Part shown: in pieces, positions 41,765 through 51,568 of the stretch
Position numbering within the stretch: the first letter of the stretch is position 1
Layout: each line of letters begins with the position of its first letter
NCBI RefSeq assembly: GCF_009914755.1
Contig: NC_060935.1
Source: the human T2T-CHM13v2.0 reference genome, Homo sapiens
DNA: 64,000 nt
Strand: one strand, 5' to 3'
Notes under the pieces: generated by a model
Told to the model about the DNA's origin: nothing
Database searches by the model: none
What the model saw: the letters and a program-made list of their open reading frames with translations, nothing else
Translations under genes and position numbers: made by a program

Positions 41765-42327
41765 TGTGATGGCTCATACGGAGTGTCAACTTGATTGGAT
41801 TGAAATATGCAAAGCATTGTTCCTGGGTGTGCCTGTGAGAGTGTTGCCAAAGGAGATTAACATTTGAGTCACTTGACTGAGAGAGGCAGACCCATCCTCA
41901 ATCTGGATTTTCACCATCTAATCAGCTGCCAGTATGGCTAGAATAAAGCAGGCAGAAGAAAGTGGAAAGAGTAGACTTGCTGAGCCTTCCGGCCTTCATC
42001 TTTCTCGCGTGCTGGATGCTTCCCGCCCTCGGATGTCAGATCATCAGACTCCAAGTTTTTCAGCTTTTGGACTCTTGGATTTACACCAGTGATTTGCCAG
42101 GGGCTCTCAGGCCTTTGGCCACAGACTGAAGGCTGCACTGCCAGCTTCCCTACTTTTGAGGTTTTGGGACTGGGACTGGCTTCCTTGCTCTTCAGCTTGC
42201 AGACGGCCTATTGTGGAACTTCACCTTGTGATCGATCTGGTGAATCAATATTCCTTAATAAACTCCCCTTCATATATATATATATATATCTCCCATTAGT
42301 TCTGTCCCTCTGCAGAACCCTCATACA
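41765..42327 (+). mobile_element. MLT2A (HERV-L) solo LTR, MLT2A2-like
   Basis: tgtgatgg...gagtgtcaacttgattggattgaa...aataaactccc...agaaccctcataca; perfect 5-bp TSD ctgcc at 41760-41764 and 42328-42332. Confidence 0.92.
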
Positions 42328-42399
42328 CTGCCTTGATTGTGTAATAACAACACTCCCCCTGATAAACGAGCTCAGAAACTGACCAATAAGATGACTTCT

Positions 42400-42810
42400 T
42401 GTATTGTTTATCTATTACTGCATAGCAAATTACCATAAAACCTTGTGGCTTAAAATAACAAACACTATTTCACACAGGTTCTGAGCTTCAGAAACCCAGA
42501 AGCAACCTATTTGGTGGTTCTGGCTAATGTTACCTGTGAGGTTGTGGCAAGATACAGACCAGGTCTGCAGGAATTTGAAAGTTTGACTAGGCAGGAGGGT
42601 CTGCTTTCAAACTCACTCCTGTAGCTATTAGCAAGAAGCTTCAGTTCCTTCGAATGGCTCCTCATGATAGGATGTTTGTATTCCCTCAGAATGAATAATC
42701 TGAGAGGGAGGGAGGGAAGCGGGGGGTGGGGTGAGAGAGAGAGAGATAGAGAACTGAAGTTGTACTGCCTTTTTAAAATAAACTAGACTGAATTTTCACA
42801 CTACTGCTTT
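42400..42810 (-). mobile_element. MLT1F/G-like MaLR LTR fragment
   Basis: tgtattgtttatctattactgcatagcaaattacc...gtggcttaaaataaca...tggttctggct...tttcaaactcactc. Confidence 0.65.
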
Positions 42811-43326
42811 CTCTTTAAAATGAAAAGATATAGTGGTTAAAGATTTAACTACATTATCATAATTCTTATCAGCAATAGTGTTTCCTTATATAGTGTAATA
42901 AGAAATAAAAACAATCACCTACATAGCATTCTTGCCAAAATATTTATGTGGATCTCTTCATAGGTAAGTATCAGACAAATCCAAAATATGAGACATATGC
43001 CAAGATAACTGATCTGACTTCTTAAATATAATAAGGTCATTAGAATTTAGAGACTTAATATAGCCCAACGCAATATGCAAACATAGACTAGATTCTGGTT
43101 TGGAAAAAGAGGGCTATAGAAGACATTATTGGGAAAATTGACAAAATGTGAAGGTTTTGAAAATGGATTGAATATTTAGGTAATTTTATAAAATTAGTAT
43201 TGATTTTCTAAGATTTAATGATGGTATTGTGGCTATATTGGAGAACGTCTTTATTGTTAGAAGATACATGATGAAGTATTTAATGATAATGTGTAATGAA
43301 GCCTGAAGCTTTAAAAGAATTAGAGA

Positions 43327-43634
43327 CATGGATGAAGCTGGAAACCATCATTCTCAGCAAACTATCGCAAGGACTAAAAACCAAACACAGCATGTTCTCA
43401 CTCATAGGTGGGAATTGAACAATGAGAACACTTGGACACAGGAAGGGGAACATCACACACTGGGGCCTGTCATGGGGTTGGGGAACGGGGGAGGGATAGC
43501 ATTAGGAGATATACCTAATGTAAATGACGAGTTAATGGGTGCAGCACACCAACATGGCACATGTATACATATGTAACTAACCTGCACATTGTGCACATGT
43601 ACCCTAGAACTTAAAGTATAATAAAAAAATAAAA
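43327..43634 (+). mobile_element. 5'-truncated L1PA (L1PA4-6-like) 3' end inserted into an older L1ME/MC copy (about 42830-43810)
   Basis: catggatgaagctggaaaccatcattctcagc...accctagaacttaaagtataataaaa; 15-bp TSD taaaagaattagaga (43312-43326, 43635-43649) at a TT/AAAA site. Confidence 0.93.
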
Positions 43635-44334
43635 TAAAAGAATTAGAGAAAATAATGAAAGAGAGAGAGAGAGAAAGGGGAAGGAAGAGAGGGAGAGAGA
43701 GAAGGAAATTCAGAGAGGGAGAGAGAGAGAACAAATGTGGCAAATGTGGAATTATATTACTTGGTAAATCTAGGTAAAGAGCAACAATATAGTGATGTTC
43801 ATTGAACTTTTCTTCCTAAGATTCTCCATGTTCTTATTGCAGTCCTCTCCCAGCTTCCTTGAATGTTAACATCTTACATAATCATTGGGTATTTGTCAAA
43901 GCTAAGAAATTAAAAATTGGTATAATACTTTACTAAATCATAGCTTTTATGTGAGTTTCACCATATTTTTCACCAATGTTCTCCTATTCTAGGATTTAAT
44001 CCAGAATATCATATATCATTCAGTTGTCATGTCTTTTTAGTTTCCTCCAATCTGTGACCATTTCTCAGCCTTTCCTTGTTTGTCGTAACCTTAACATATT
44101 AAAAGCGTCACAGTACTCCTCAAACTACTACAATAGTATCTCACTGTGTGTCTCTAGCATATTGTATTTTCCATATTTATATGTCACGTTTGCCAAGTTA
44201 TGGGCTTGACACCAGCTACTCTCAATCAAATACTGTACTTCAAACATAGCCTTATTCATGTCCACTCCTGGGCTCATGTACACCAAAGAGATAAATTATT
44301 GAATCACAAAGCTTAAGTGTACATTTCTATTTTT

Positions 44335-45525
44335 TAAATATTTGTTTTATTTCAATAGCTATTGGGGTACAAATGGTTTTTAGTTACATAAATGAATTGC
44401 AAAGTGGTAGGAGTCTGAGGTTTTAGTGCACCCATCACCTGAGTAGTATACATTGTACCTGATAGGTAGATTTTTATCCCTAATCACCCTCCCACCCTTC
44501 CCCTTCCGAGTCCCCAAAGTCCATTATATCACTCTACATGCTTTGTGTTTTCGTAGCTTAGTTCTCACTTATAAACAGGAACATATGGTATTCTGTTTTC
44601 CCTTCCTGAGGTACCTTACCTAGAATAATGGCCTCCAACTCCATTCCAGTTGCTGCAAAATACATTATTTTGTTCTTTTTTATGGCTGAATAGTATTCCA
44701 TGGTGTATATATACCACATTTTCTTTATTCACTCATTGATTCATGAGCACGTAGATGAGTTCCATATATTTGCAACTGTAAAGTGTGCCACAGTAAATAT
44801 ATGCATGCAGGTGTCTTTTTATATAATCTCTTATTTTTCTATGGGTAGGTACCTAGCAGTGGGATTGCTGTATTGAATGATAGATCAAACTTTTAGTTCT
44901 TTAAGAAATCTCCATACTATTTTTCATGAAGGCTGTATTAATGTACATTCCCACCATCAGGATATAAACACTGCCTTTTCACCACATCCATGCCAGCATC
45001 TATTGTTTTTTTACTTTTTAATAACGGACATTCTTTCAGGAATAAGTGTTATCTCAATGTGGTTATAATTTGCATTTCCCTGATGATTAGTGATGTTGAG
45101 CATTTTTTTTCATATTTTTTGGCCATTTTTATATTTTCTTTTGAGAAATTATATTCATGTCATTTGCCCTCTTTTGGTTGGGATTCTTGTTTTTTTCTTG
45201 CTGATTTGTTTGTGATCCTTATAGATTCTGAGGATATTAGTCCTTTGTTAGATGTATATTTTGCAAATATTTTCTCCCATTCTGTGGGTTATTGGTTTAC
45301 TCTGATGATTGTTTCTTTTGTTAGTGAAACTTTTTAGTTCAATTAGGTCCCATTTATTTAATTTTGTTTTATTTGCATCTGCTTTTGGAAAAGGTCTTAG
45401 TAATGAATTCTTTGCCTAGGTCAATGTCCAGAAGAGTTTATCCTAGGTTATCTTTTAGAATTTTTATGGCTTCAGGTCTTAGATTTAACTCTTTGATCCA
45501 TCTTGAGTTGATTTTAATATAAGAT
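44335..45525 (-). mobile_element. L1PB 3' region
   Basis: tttatttcaatagctattggggtacaaatggtttt...tttagtgcacccatcacctgag followed by antisense ORF2 3' text. Confidence 0.85.
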
Positions 45526-45924
45526 GTGGCTTTCAGGCCACAACCCTCCCAATCTACCAGCAAAGCTGAGGCACCCAAGTCCTGTGCTAGTCACTGCAGC
45601 ACACTTCCCACTAGCTTCACATTTTGCCACAATATCTTGATTCAGGTCTATAATAAACTAGATGCAAATTCTGGCAATTTTGCTTATTTCCAAGAAAAGT
45701 TTTACTTAGTAATTAAAGAGGACTTGGCAAGGCCACAGAGAGAGAAAACAGCCTGTCTACAACTTTTCCTTTTTCTTTTTTCTTTCCTCAAATTTCTTTA
45801 CATTTGTTTCTTATTCTCTTCCTCTCCACTTGATCTTAGGAACTACAGAAATAAAATATCTATAATGGAAGATGGATTCTCCTTTCCCTAAAAACTTTGG
45901 CATCAATGTACTCCCAGGAACTGG

Positions 45925-46423
45925 TGAGAGAAGAGAGACAGACCCTCTTATATTGTTTTATATTGTTTTATACTCATAGAAGAAAAGAAAAGTGAAACAA
46001 AAGGCAGGTAGCCCGGTGCCTAGGAACCAGACCGGAAACCAAGGAACCAGACCCGAAATCAGGCCTGGGCCTGCCTGACCTAAGCCTGGTAGTTAAAGAT
46101 CAACCCCTGACCTAATCGGTTATGTTATCTATAGATTACAGACATTGTATAGAAAAGCACTGTAAAAATCCCTATCCTGTTTTGTTTCGATGTAATTACT
46201 GGTGCATGCAGCCCCCAGTCACGTATCCCCTGCTTGCTCAATCAATCATGACCCTCTCAGCTGCACCCCCTTAGAGTTGTGAGCCCTTAAAAGGGACAGG
46301 AATTGCTCATTCAGGGAGCTTGGCTCTTGAGATAGGAGTCTTGCCAATGCCCCCGGCCAAATAAACCCCTTCCTTCTTTAACTCAGTGTCTGAGGAGTTT
46401 TGTCTGCCGCTCATCCTGCTACG
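45925..46423 (+). promoter_or_regulatory. 5' LTR (LTR2C, HERV-E family)
   Basis: tgagagaagagagacagaccctc...; TATA-like TTAAAA 46287-46292; AATAAA 46360-46365; direct repeat of 51071-51568. Confidence 0.9.
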
Positions 46424-46428
46424 TTTCT

Positions 46429-46446
46429 TGGTTCCCTGACCGGGAA
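46429..46446 (+). other. Primer binding site complementary to tRNA-Glu
   Basis: tggttccctgaccgggaa is the 18-nt reverse complement of the tRNA-Glu(CTC) 3' end ...TTCCCGGTCAGGGAACCA. Confidence 0.93.
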
Positions 46447-46686
46447 GTGAGGTGATTATCGGACAGAAGAGGCAGCTCCTTAGGCGGCTTTAGCCTGCCC
46501 TGTGGAACATCCCTGCGGGGGACTCCAACCAGCCTGAGCGACGCGGATCCTGAGAGCACTCCCGGGTAGGCTTTTGCTCCGGTGGGACACCTTGCCAGAG
46601 CAGTGTGTGGCAGGCCCCCATGGAGGATCAATGCAGTGGCTGGACACCGGGAAGGAATGGGTGCTTGGAGTCTGGACATCTAAAAC

Positions 46687-46695
46687 TTGGTAAGA
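46687..46695 (+). promoter_or_regulatory. Candidate major splice donor in proviral leader
   Basis: ttg|gtaaga about 240 nt downstream of the PBS, a position typical of gammaretroviral leaders; use is inferred. Confidence 0.5.
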
Positions 46696-46706
46696 CTAGT
46701 CTTTGA

Positions 46707-46990
46707 AACTTGCCCACTCCGCTTGAGTGGAAGCGTGGCCTGATCACCCATGGCGTGCCTTTATCGGCACTTTGGTTTTGGTTTTGACTTGGTTTGAATT
46801 GCTTAACAGGATTGGTCTTAGGAACTTGCCCACTCCGTTTGAGTGGAAGCGTGGCCTGATCACCCACGATGTGCCTGTACTGGCACTTTGGTTTTTGTTT
46901 TTGACTTGACTTGGATTGCTGGATACTTTGGTTTTGGTTTTGACCTGGCTTGGATTTCTGGATACTCTGATTTTGGTTTTGATTTTAGTT
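46707..46990 (+). repeat. Leader tandem repeats: two approximately 116-bp units plus shorter ttggttttg-containing subunits
   Basis: aacttgcccactccgyttgagtggaagcgtggcctgatcaccca at 46707 and 46823. Confidence 0.85.
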
Positions 46991-47085
46991 TGGTGCAAAC
47001 TGCAAAAGTGTGTGTGCCCTTTTTACCCATTCTTTGTTTTGTGGTGTGCATGTGGTATGAACGTGGTGTTTTGTCTCGAAGAAGC

Positions 47086-47390
47086 ATAGGTCAGGCACAA
47101 ATAAGCCCACCCTACTAGGAACTATGTTGAGAAATTTCAAAAAAGAATTTAAAGGAGACTATGGAGTACTATGACACTAGGAAAACTTAAAACTTTGTGT
47201 AAGGTAGACTGGCCAGCATTAGAGGTAGGTTGGCCATTAGAAGGAAGCCTGGACAGGTCCCTTGTTTCAAAGAGGACACAAGGTAACCTGTAAGCCAGGG
47301 AACCCAGACCAGTTCCCTGGTCTGACACTTGGTTACAGCTGGTTTTAGACCCCCCGCCCCTAACACACAATGGTTGAGAGAACAGCAGCA
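47086..47390 (+). pseudogene. gag: HERV-E-type gag matrix remnant
   Basis: ATA ggt cag gca caa (MGQAQ with start codon lost), then GKLKTLCKVDWPALEVGWPLEGSLDRSLVSK; frameshifted. Confidence 0.8.
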
Positions 47391-47404
47391 TAAGCGGCTG
47401 GCAG

Positions 47405-47612
47405 AGGCAAGGAAAGACCAGCAGAGAGAGAGAAAGGAAAGAGACAGAGAAGAAAAGAGAGAGGAAGAGACAGACAAAGAGGGAGTCAAGGAGAGAGAGA
47501 GAGAGAAAGAGAGAGGCAGAGAGAGAAAAGAGACAGAGGCAAAAGGAAAGTCAAAGACAGACAAAGTCAAAGAGAAAAAGAAAGAGAAAAAGAGAGAGAA
47601 AGAGAGAGAGAT
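47405..47612. repeat. Purine-rich (AG/GAAA) tract inside the provirus
   Basis: Direct read; source of spurious E/K/R-rich ORFs. Confidence 0.9.
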
Positions 47613-47768
47613 ACAAGTAGTTAAAAAAAAAGTGTACCCTATTCCTTTAAAAGCCAAGGTAAATTTAAAACCTATAATTGATAATTGAAGGTATTCTCCA
47701 TAACCCTATAACACTCCAATACCACTTTGTTGTCAGTGTAAACAAGGGCATATCCTGAAATCACTGAG

Positions 47769-47935
47769 GCCTTCCTATGAAAAATCCTTAATCCAGTAAC
47801 CTGCGGATGGCCCAAATGCATTCAATCTGTAGCAGCAACTGCTTTGCTAACAAACAAACAAAAAAGGTTAAAAAAATAACTTTTAGAGGAAACTTCATTG
47901 TGAGCACACCTCACCAGTTCAGAAGTATCCTAAGG
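47769..47935 (+). pseudogene. pol: pol RT-connection fragment #1 (HERV-I-like)
   Basis: Translates AFL*KILNPVTCGWPKCIQSVAATALLT. Confidence 0.7.
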
Positions 47936-48730
47936 AAAAAAAAAGGTAAAAAAAAAAGGGGGGGGGCGGAATTTATATAAAAAGAATATTATATGGTAAA
48001 TTCTTGTCCTGAAATAAATTAACTGGTTGTTTAAAGAAAGAAATACTTGTAATAAGTCAGAAAGTTGAGGCATGTCGAAGAATTGTCTGTGAAAGTCATA
48101 AAAGAGAAAAATGTTATAAAAAATAATTTATGCAAAAAACGTTGTATAATTTAAAAGTAACTAGGCCTCCTGAATGTAAAGCTATTGAAAAAAAAAAACA
48201 GTTTACGTGCAAGGTGTATAAGAAAAGTAAAATATACCTTTGGTAAAAGGATTATAAGGAGGCATAAGAATATACATTGTTACCTACATTAAAAAGTTAA
48301 AAAAATTATTGTTTTGAAGGTTTAAGCAAGTTTTAAAATGTTAATTGTAAAGAAAATTCTGTGTGTAAACATATTAGCTAAAGTTAAAAAGGTATCATCC
48401 AGTTTTTCTGTGAACTGGACATTAAAGTAAAAACACAACAGGTTTTTCTTAAAGCACCAATCTGCTCTTTAATAAAAATTATAAAAGGTTAAAAAGAGTC
48501 TATAAAAACTTACCTTATGGTCAAACATGAAAAATTGGATAAATATGTCTACAAGGTTTTATTAAAATTAATTTTAACATTAATAACACACTAATATAAA
48601 GGTAAAATTTAGCTTATCTGGTATAAAAATCATACAAGAAGTATTATTAAATATAAGATGGTGTTTAGCTTTCTTTGGTCTAAAAACTAATAAAAATAGG
48701 TCCTAAAAGAAACATTCATTCTACTAGAGG

Positions 48731-49509
48731 ATCATAGAAGTTAAAGACTTAAAACAAACTTTGGCAATTAAGGCAGCATACCAAGATGCAAATGCCTGGT
48801 TGAAATGGATCAAATATTCCATCTGCACGCTAATAAAAAGCAATTATTATGCTTGTGCACATGGCAGGCCAGAGGCCCAGATTGTCCCCTTTCCACTAAG
48901 GTGGTCCTCCAGTTGACCACGCGTAGGCTGCATGATAGCTCTTTTCCGGGATTCTATAGCCTGGAGTAATAAGTCATGCCAACCTCTCTCTGCTATATCC
49001 CGAAGTCCCTGCGGGTCAGTCCCCGAGGGCCATCCAGCCTCTGTCTCCCAACACTAAGTTCACTTCATGTCTCTCATGACAAGGAGGAAACTTAGCATTC
49101 CTTGGAGACCTGAAGGGATGCGATGAGCTTAAGAATTTTCAAGAGCTTATCAATCAGTCAGCCCTTGTTCATCCCCAAGCGGATATGTGGTGGTATTGTG
49201 GCAGACCTTTACTGGGCACTCTGCCAAATAACTGGAGTGGCACTTATACTTTAGTCCAATTGGCTATCCCATTCACCCTGGCATTTCATCAACCAGAAGG
49301 AGGAAAAATAAGACATCATAAAGCCAGAGAAGCCCCCTTATAGGTCTTTCGACTGTCACGTCCATTTAGACGCAATTGGAGTCCCACGAGGAATACCAGA
49401 TCAATTTAAAGCTTGAAATCAAATAGCTACAGAATTTAAGTCAATATTTTAGTAGGTAACAGTTAATAAAAATGTAAATTAAATAAACTACATCTATTAC
49501 AACCAACAG
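48731..49509 (+). pseudogene. env: env SU/TM fragment (HERV-I/HERVIP10-like)
   Basis: EVKDLKQTLAIKAAYQDANAWLKWIKYS...YACAHGRPEAQIVPFPL; degenerate furin site RHHKAR/EAP; TM-like AIGVPRGIPDQFKA*NQIA...NKNVN*INYIYYNQQ. Confidence 0.75.
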
Positions 49510-50136
49510 CAACAAGCTTTTCATGAGTTAAAAGAAAAACTCAGGTCAGCCCCAGCCCTGGGGCTACCTGACCTGACAAAACTTTTTACACTCTATGTGT
49601 CAAAAAAAAAAAAAAAAAAAAAGGCAGTTGGAGTTTTAACCCAGACTGTAGGGCCCTGGTCAAAGCCAGTGGCCTATCTCTCAAAACAACTAAACCGGGT
49701 TTCCAAAGGCTGGCCCCCATGTTTAAGGGCCCTGGCAGCAACGGCCCTGTTAGCACAAGAAGCAGATAAGCTAATTCTTAGGCAAAACCTAAATTCCCCC
49801 CATGCTGTGGTGACTTTAATAAATACCAAAGGACATCATTAGCTAATGAATGCTAGACTAACTGGATACGAAAGCTTGCTCTGTGAAAATCCCCACATAA
49901 CCATTGAAGTTTGCAACACCCTAAACCCCGCCACCTTGCTCCTGGTATCAGAGAGCCCAGTTAAACATAACTGTGTAGAAGTATTAGACTCAGTTTATTC
50001 TAGTAGGCCCAACCTCCGAGACCATCCTTAAACATCAGTAGACTGGGAGCTGTACATGGAAGGAAGCAGCTTCGCCAACCCCTGCAAAGTGACTCTGAAA
50101 AAGACAAGCCTTGCTCCAGTCACACCCGGAAGCTGA
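49510..50136 (+). pseudogene. pol: pol fragment #2: RT thumb/connection and RNase H start fused to integrase C-terminal tip (HERV-E-like)
   Basis: AFHELKEKLRSAPALGLPDLTK...AVGVLTQTVGPWSKPVAYLSKQL...GWPPCLRALAATALLAQEADKL...LNPATLL...WELYMEGSSF then PCKVTLKKTSLAPVTPGS*; in-frame stops at 49840 and 50029. Confidence 0.88.
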
Positions 50137-50158
50137 CTGGTCCATACACGGCCAAAGC

Positions 50159-50960
50159 ATGAGAAAACTCATCGCGGGACTCATTTTCCTTAAAATTTGG
50201 GCTTGTACAGTAAGAACTTCAACTGACCTTCCTCAGACTGAGGGCTGTTCCCAGTGTATACATCAAGTCACTGAGGTAGGACAAAAGGTTGCTACGGTCC
50301 TATTATTTTACAGTTATTATAAGGATACTAGAACTCTAAAAAAAGCTTGTTTGTATAATGTTATTCTATCCAAGGTATGTAGCCCAGCAAATAACCAACC
50401 TGATGCGTGTTATGACCCATTTTAAGGCTCCCATGATCACAGTTTTTTAAAAATAAAATTAAGGACGGGTCCTTTTCTAGGTGACACAAGTAAAATAATA
50501 GCCAGAACAGAAGAAAAAAGGGTCCCCAAGCATATAACCCTAAAATTTAATGCTTGTGCCAGTATCAATAGCAATCAGCATAGAATAAGATGTGGTTCTT
50601 TAAATTGAAAAAGAAAAAATGAAAAAATCCTTTCCACCTTCAGCAAGGGAAAAGTAGCCCTTCCTATACCAGTGGTGAGTGTAACCCCTTAGAACTAGTA
50701 ATAACCAACCCCCTTAATCCTCGCTAGAAAAAAGAGAATGTATAACCCTAAAAATTGATGGAGCTGGACTGGATCTTCAAGTAAATATCGTGGTTTGAGA
50801 AAAAGTTTATAAACGCTCTCCTGAGCCAGTATTTCAAACCTTCTATGAGGAACTGAATGTGCCAGTACCAGAAATTCCAGGAAAAACAAGAAATTCGTTT
50901 TTGCAATTAGCCGAGCATATACCCCAGTCTCTCAATGTCACTTTATGTTATGTATCAGCA
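50159..50960 (+). pseudogene. env: HERV-E-type env 5' half (signal peptide and SU); TM deleted; first 88 codons open (50159-50425)
   Basis: MRKLIAGLIFLKIWACTVRTSTDLPQTEGCSQCIHQVTEVGQ..., later CNPLELVITNPL and PEIPGKTRNSFLQLAE; matches my recall of HERV-E Env. Confidence 0.82.
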
Positions 50961-51058
50961 CAACTGTACTATATGAATCATTATCAATCTATTGCACAGA
51001 AAGACATAAGGAGCAAAAATAAGAGTGAGAACTCCCACTAATAAAAAGTGAGAGTCTC

Positions 51059-51070
51059 AAAGGGGGGAAA
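51059..51070 (+). other. Polypurine tract
   Basis: aaaggggggaaa directly before the 3' LTR. Confidence 0.88.
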
Positions 51071-51568
51071 CGAGAGAAGAAAGACAGACCCTCTCATATT
51101 GTTTTATATTGTTTTATACTCAGAAAAGAAAAGAAAAGCAAAACAAAAGGCAGGTAGCCTGGCGCCTAGAAACCAGACCTGAAACCAAGGAACCAGACCC
51201 AAACCAGGCCTGGGCCTGCCTGACCTAAGCCTGGTAGTTAAAGATCGACCCCTGACCTAATCGGTTATGTTATCTATAGATTACAGACATTGTATAGAAA
51301 AGCACTGTGAAAATCCCTATCCTGTTTTGTTTCGATGTAATTACCGGTGCATGCAGCCCCCAGTCATGTACCGCCTGCTTGCTCAATCAATCATGACCCT
51401 CTCACGCACACCCCCTTAGAGTTGTGAGCCCTTAAAAGGGACAGGAATTGCTCACTCGGGGAGTTCGGCTCTTGAGACAGGAGTCTTGCCGATGCCCCCA
51501 GCCGAATAAACCCCTTCCTTCTTTAACTTGGTGTCTGAGGAGTTTTGTTTGTGGCTCGTTCTGCTACA
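51071..51568 (+). promoter_or_regulatory. 3' LTR (LTR2C)
   Basis: Repeat of the 5' LTR ending ctgctaca; AATAAA 51505-51510. Confidence 0.9.

Larger units (their letters stand above)
45925..51568 (+). mobile_element. Full non-autonomous mosaic ERV1 provirus (Harlequin-type, LTR2C-flanked), 5644 bp
   Basis: Two approximately 500-bp LTRs, 4-bp TSD ctgg (45921-45924, 51569-51572), tRNA-Glu PBS, PPT, and degraded gag/pol/env fragments in non-canonical order. Confidence 0.92.

Noticed and set aside
43328-43743. 82-aa and 96-aa ORFs
   Set aside because: Standard alternative-frame and antisense translations of the L1PA 3' end
46429-46446. tRNA-Glu-matching sequence as a tRNA gene
   Set aside because: Only the 18-nt complement of the tRNA 3' end next to an LTR, i.e. 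a PBS
47187-47688. 156-aa S/L/F-rich and 119-aa E/K/R-rich ORFs on opposite strands
   Set aside because: Both are artefacts of the AG-rich proviral repeat
45925-51568. HERV-H/LTR7 or replication-competent provirus
   Set aside because: PBS is Glu not His, the LTRs are LTR2-type, and gag/pol/env are fragmentary with stops
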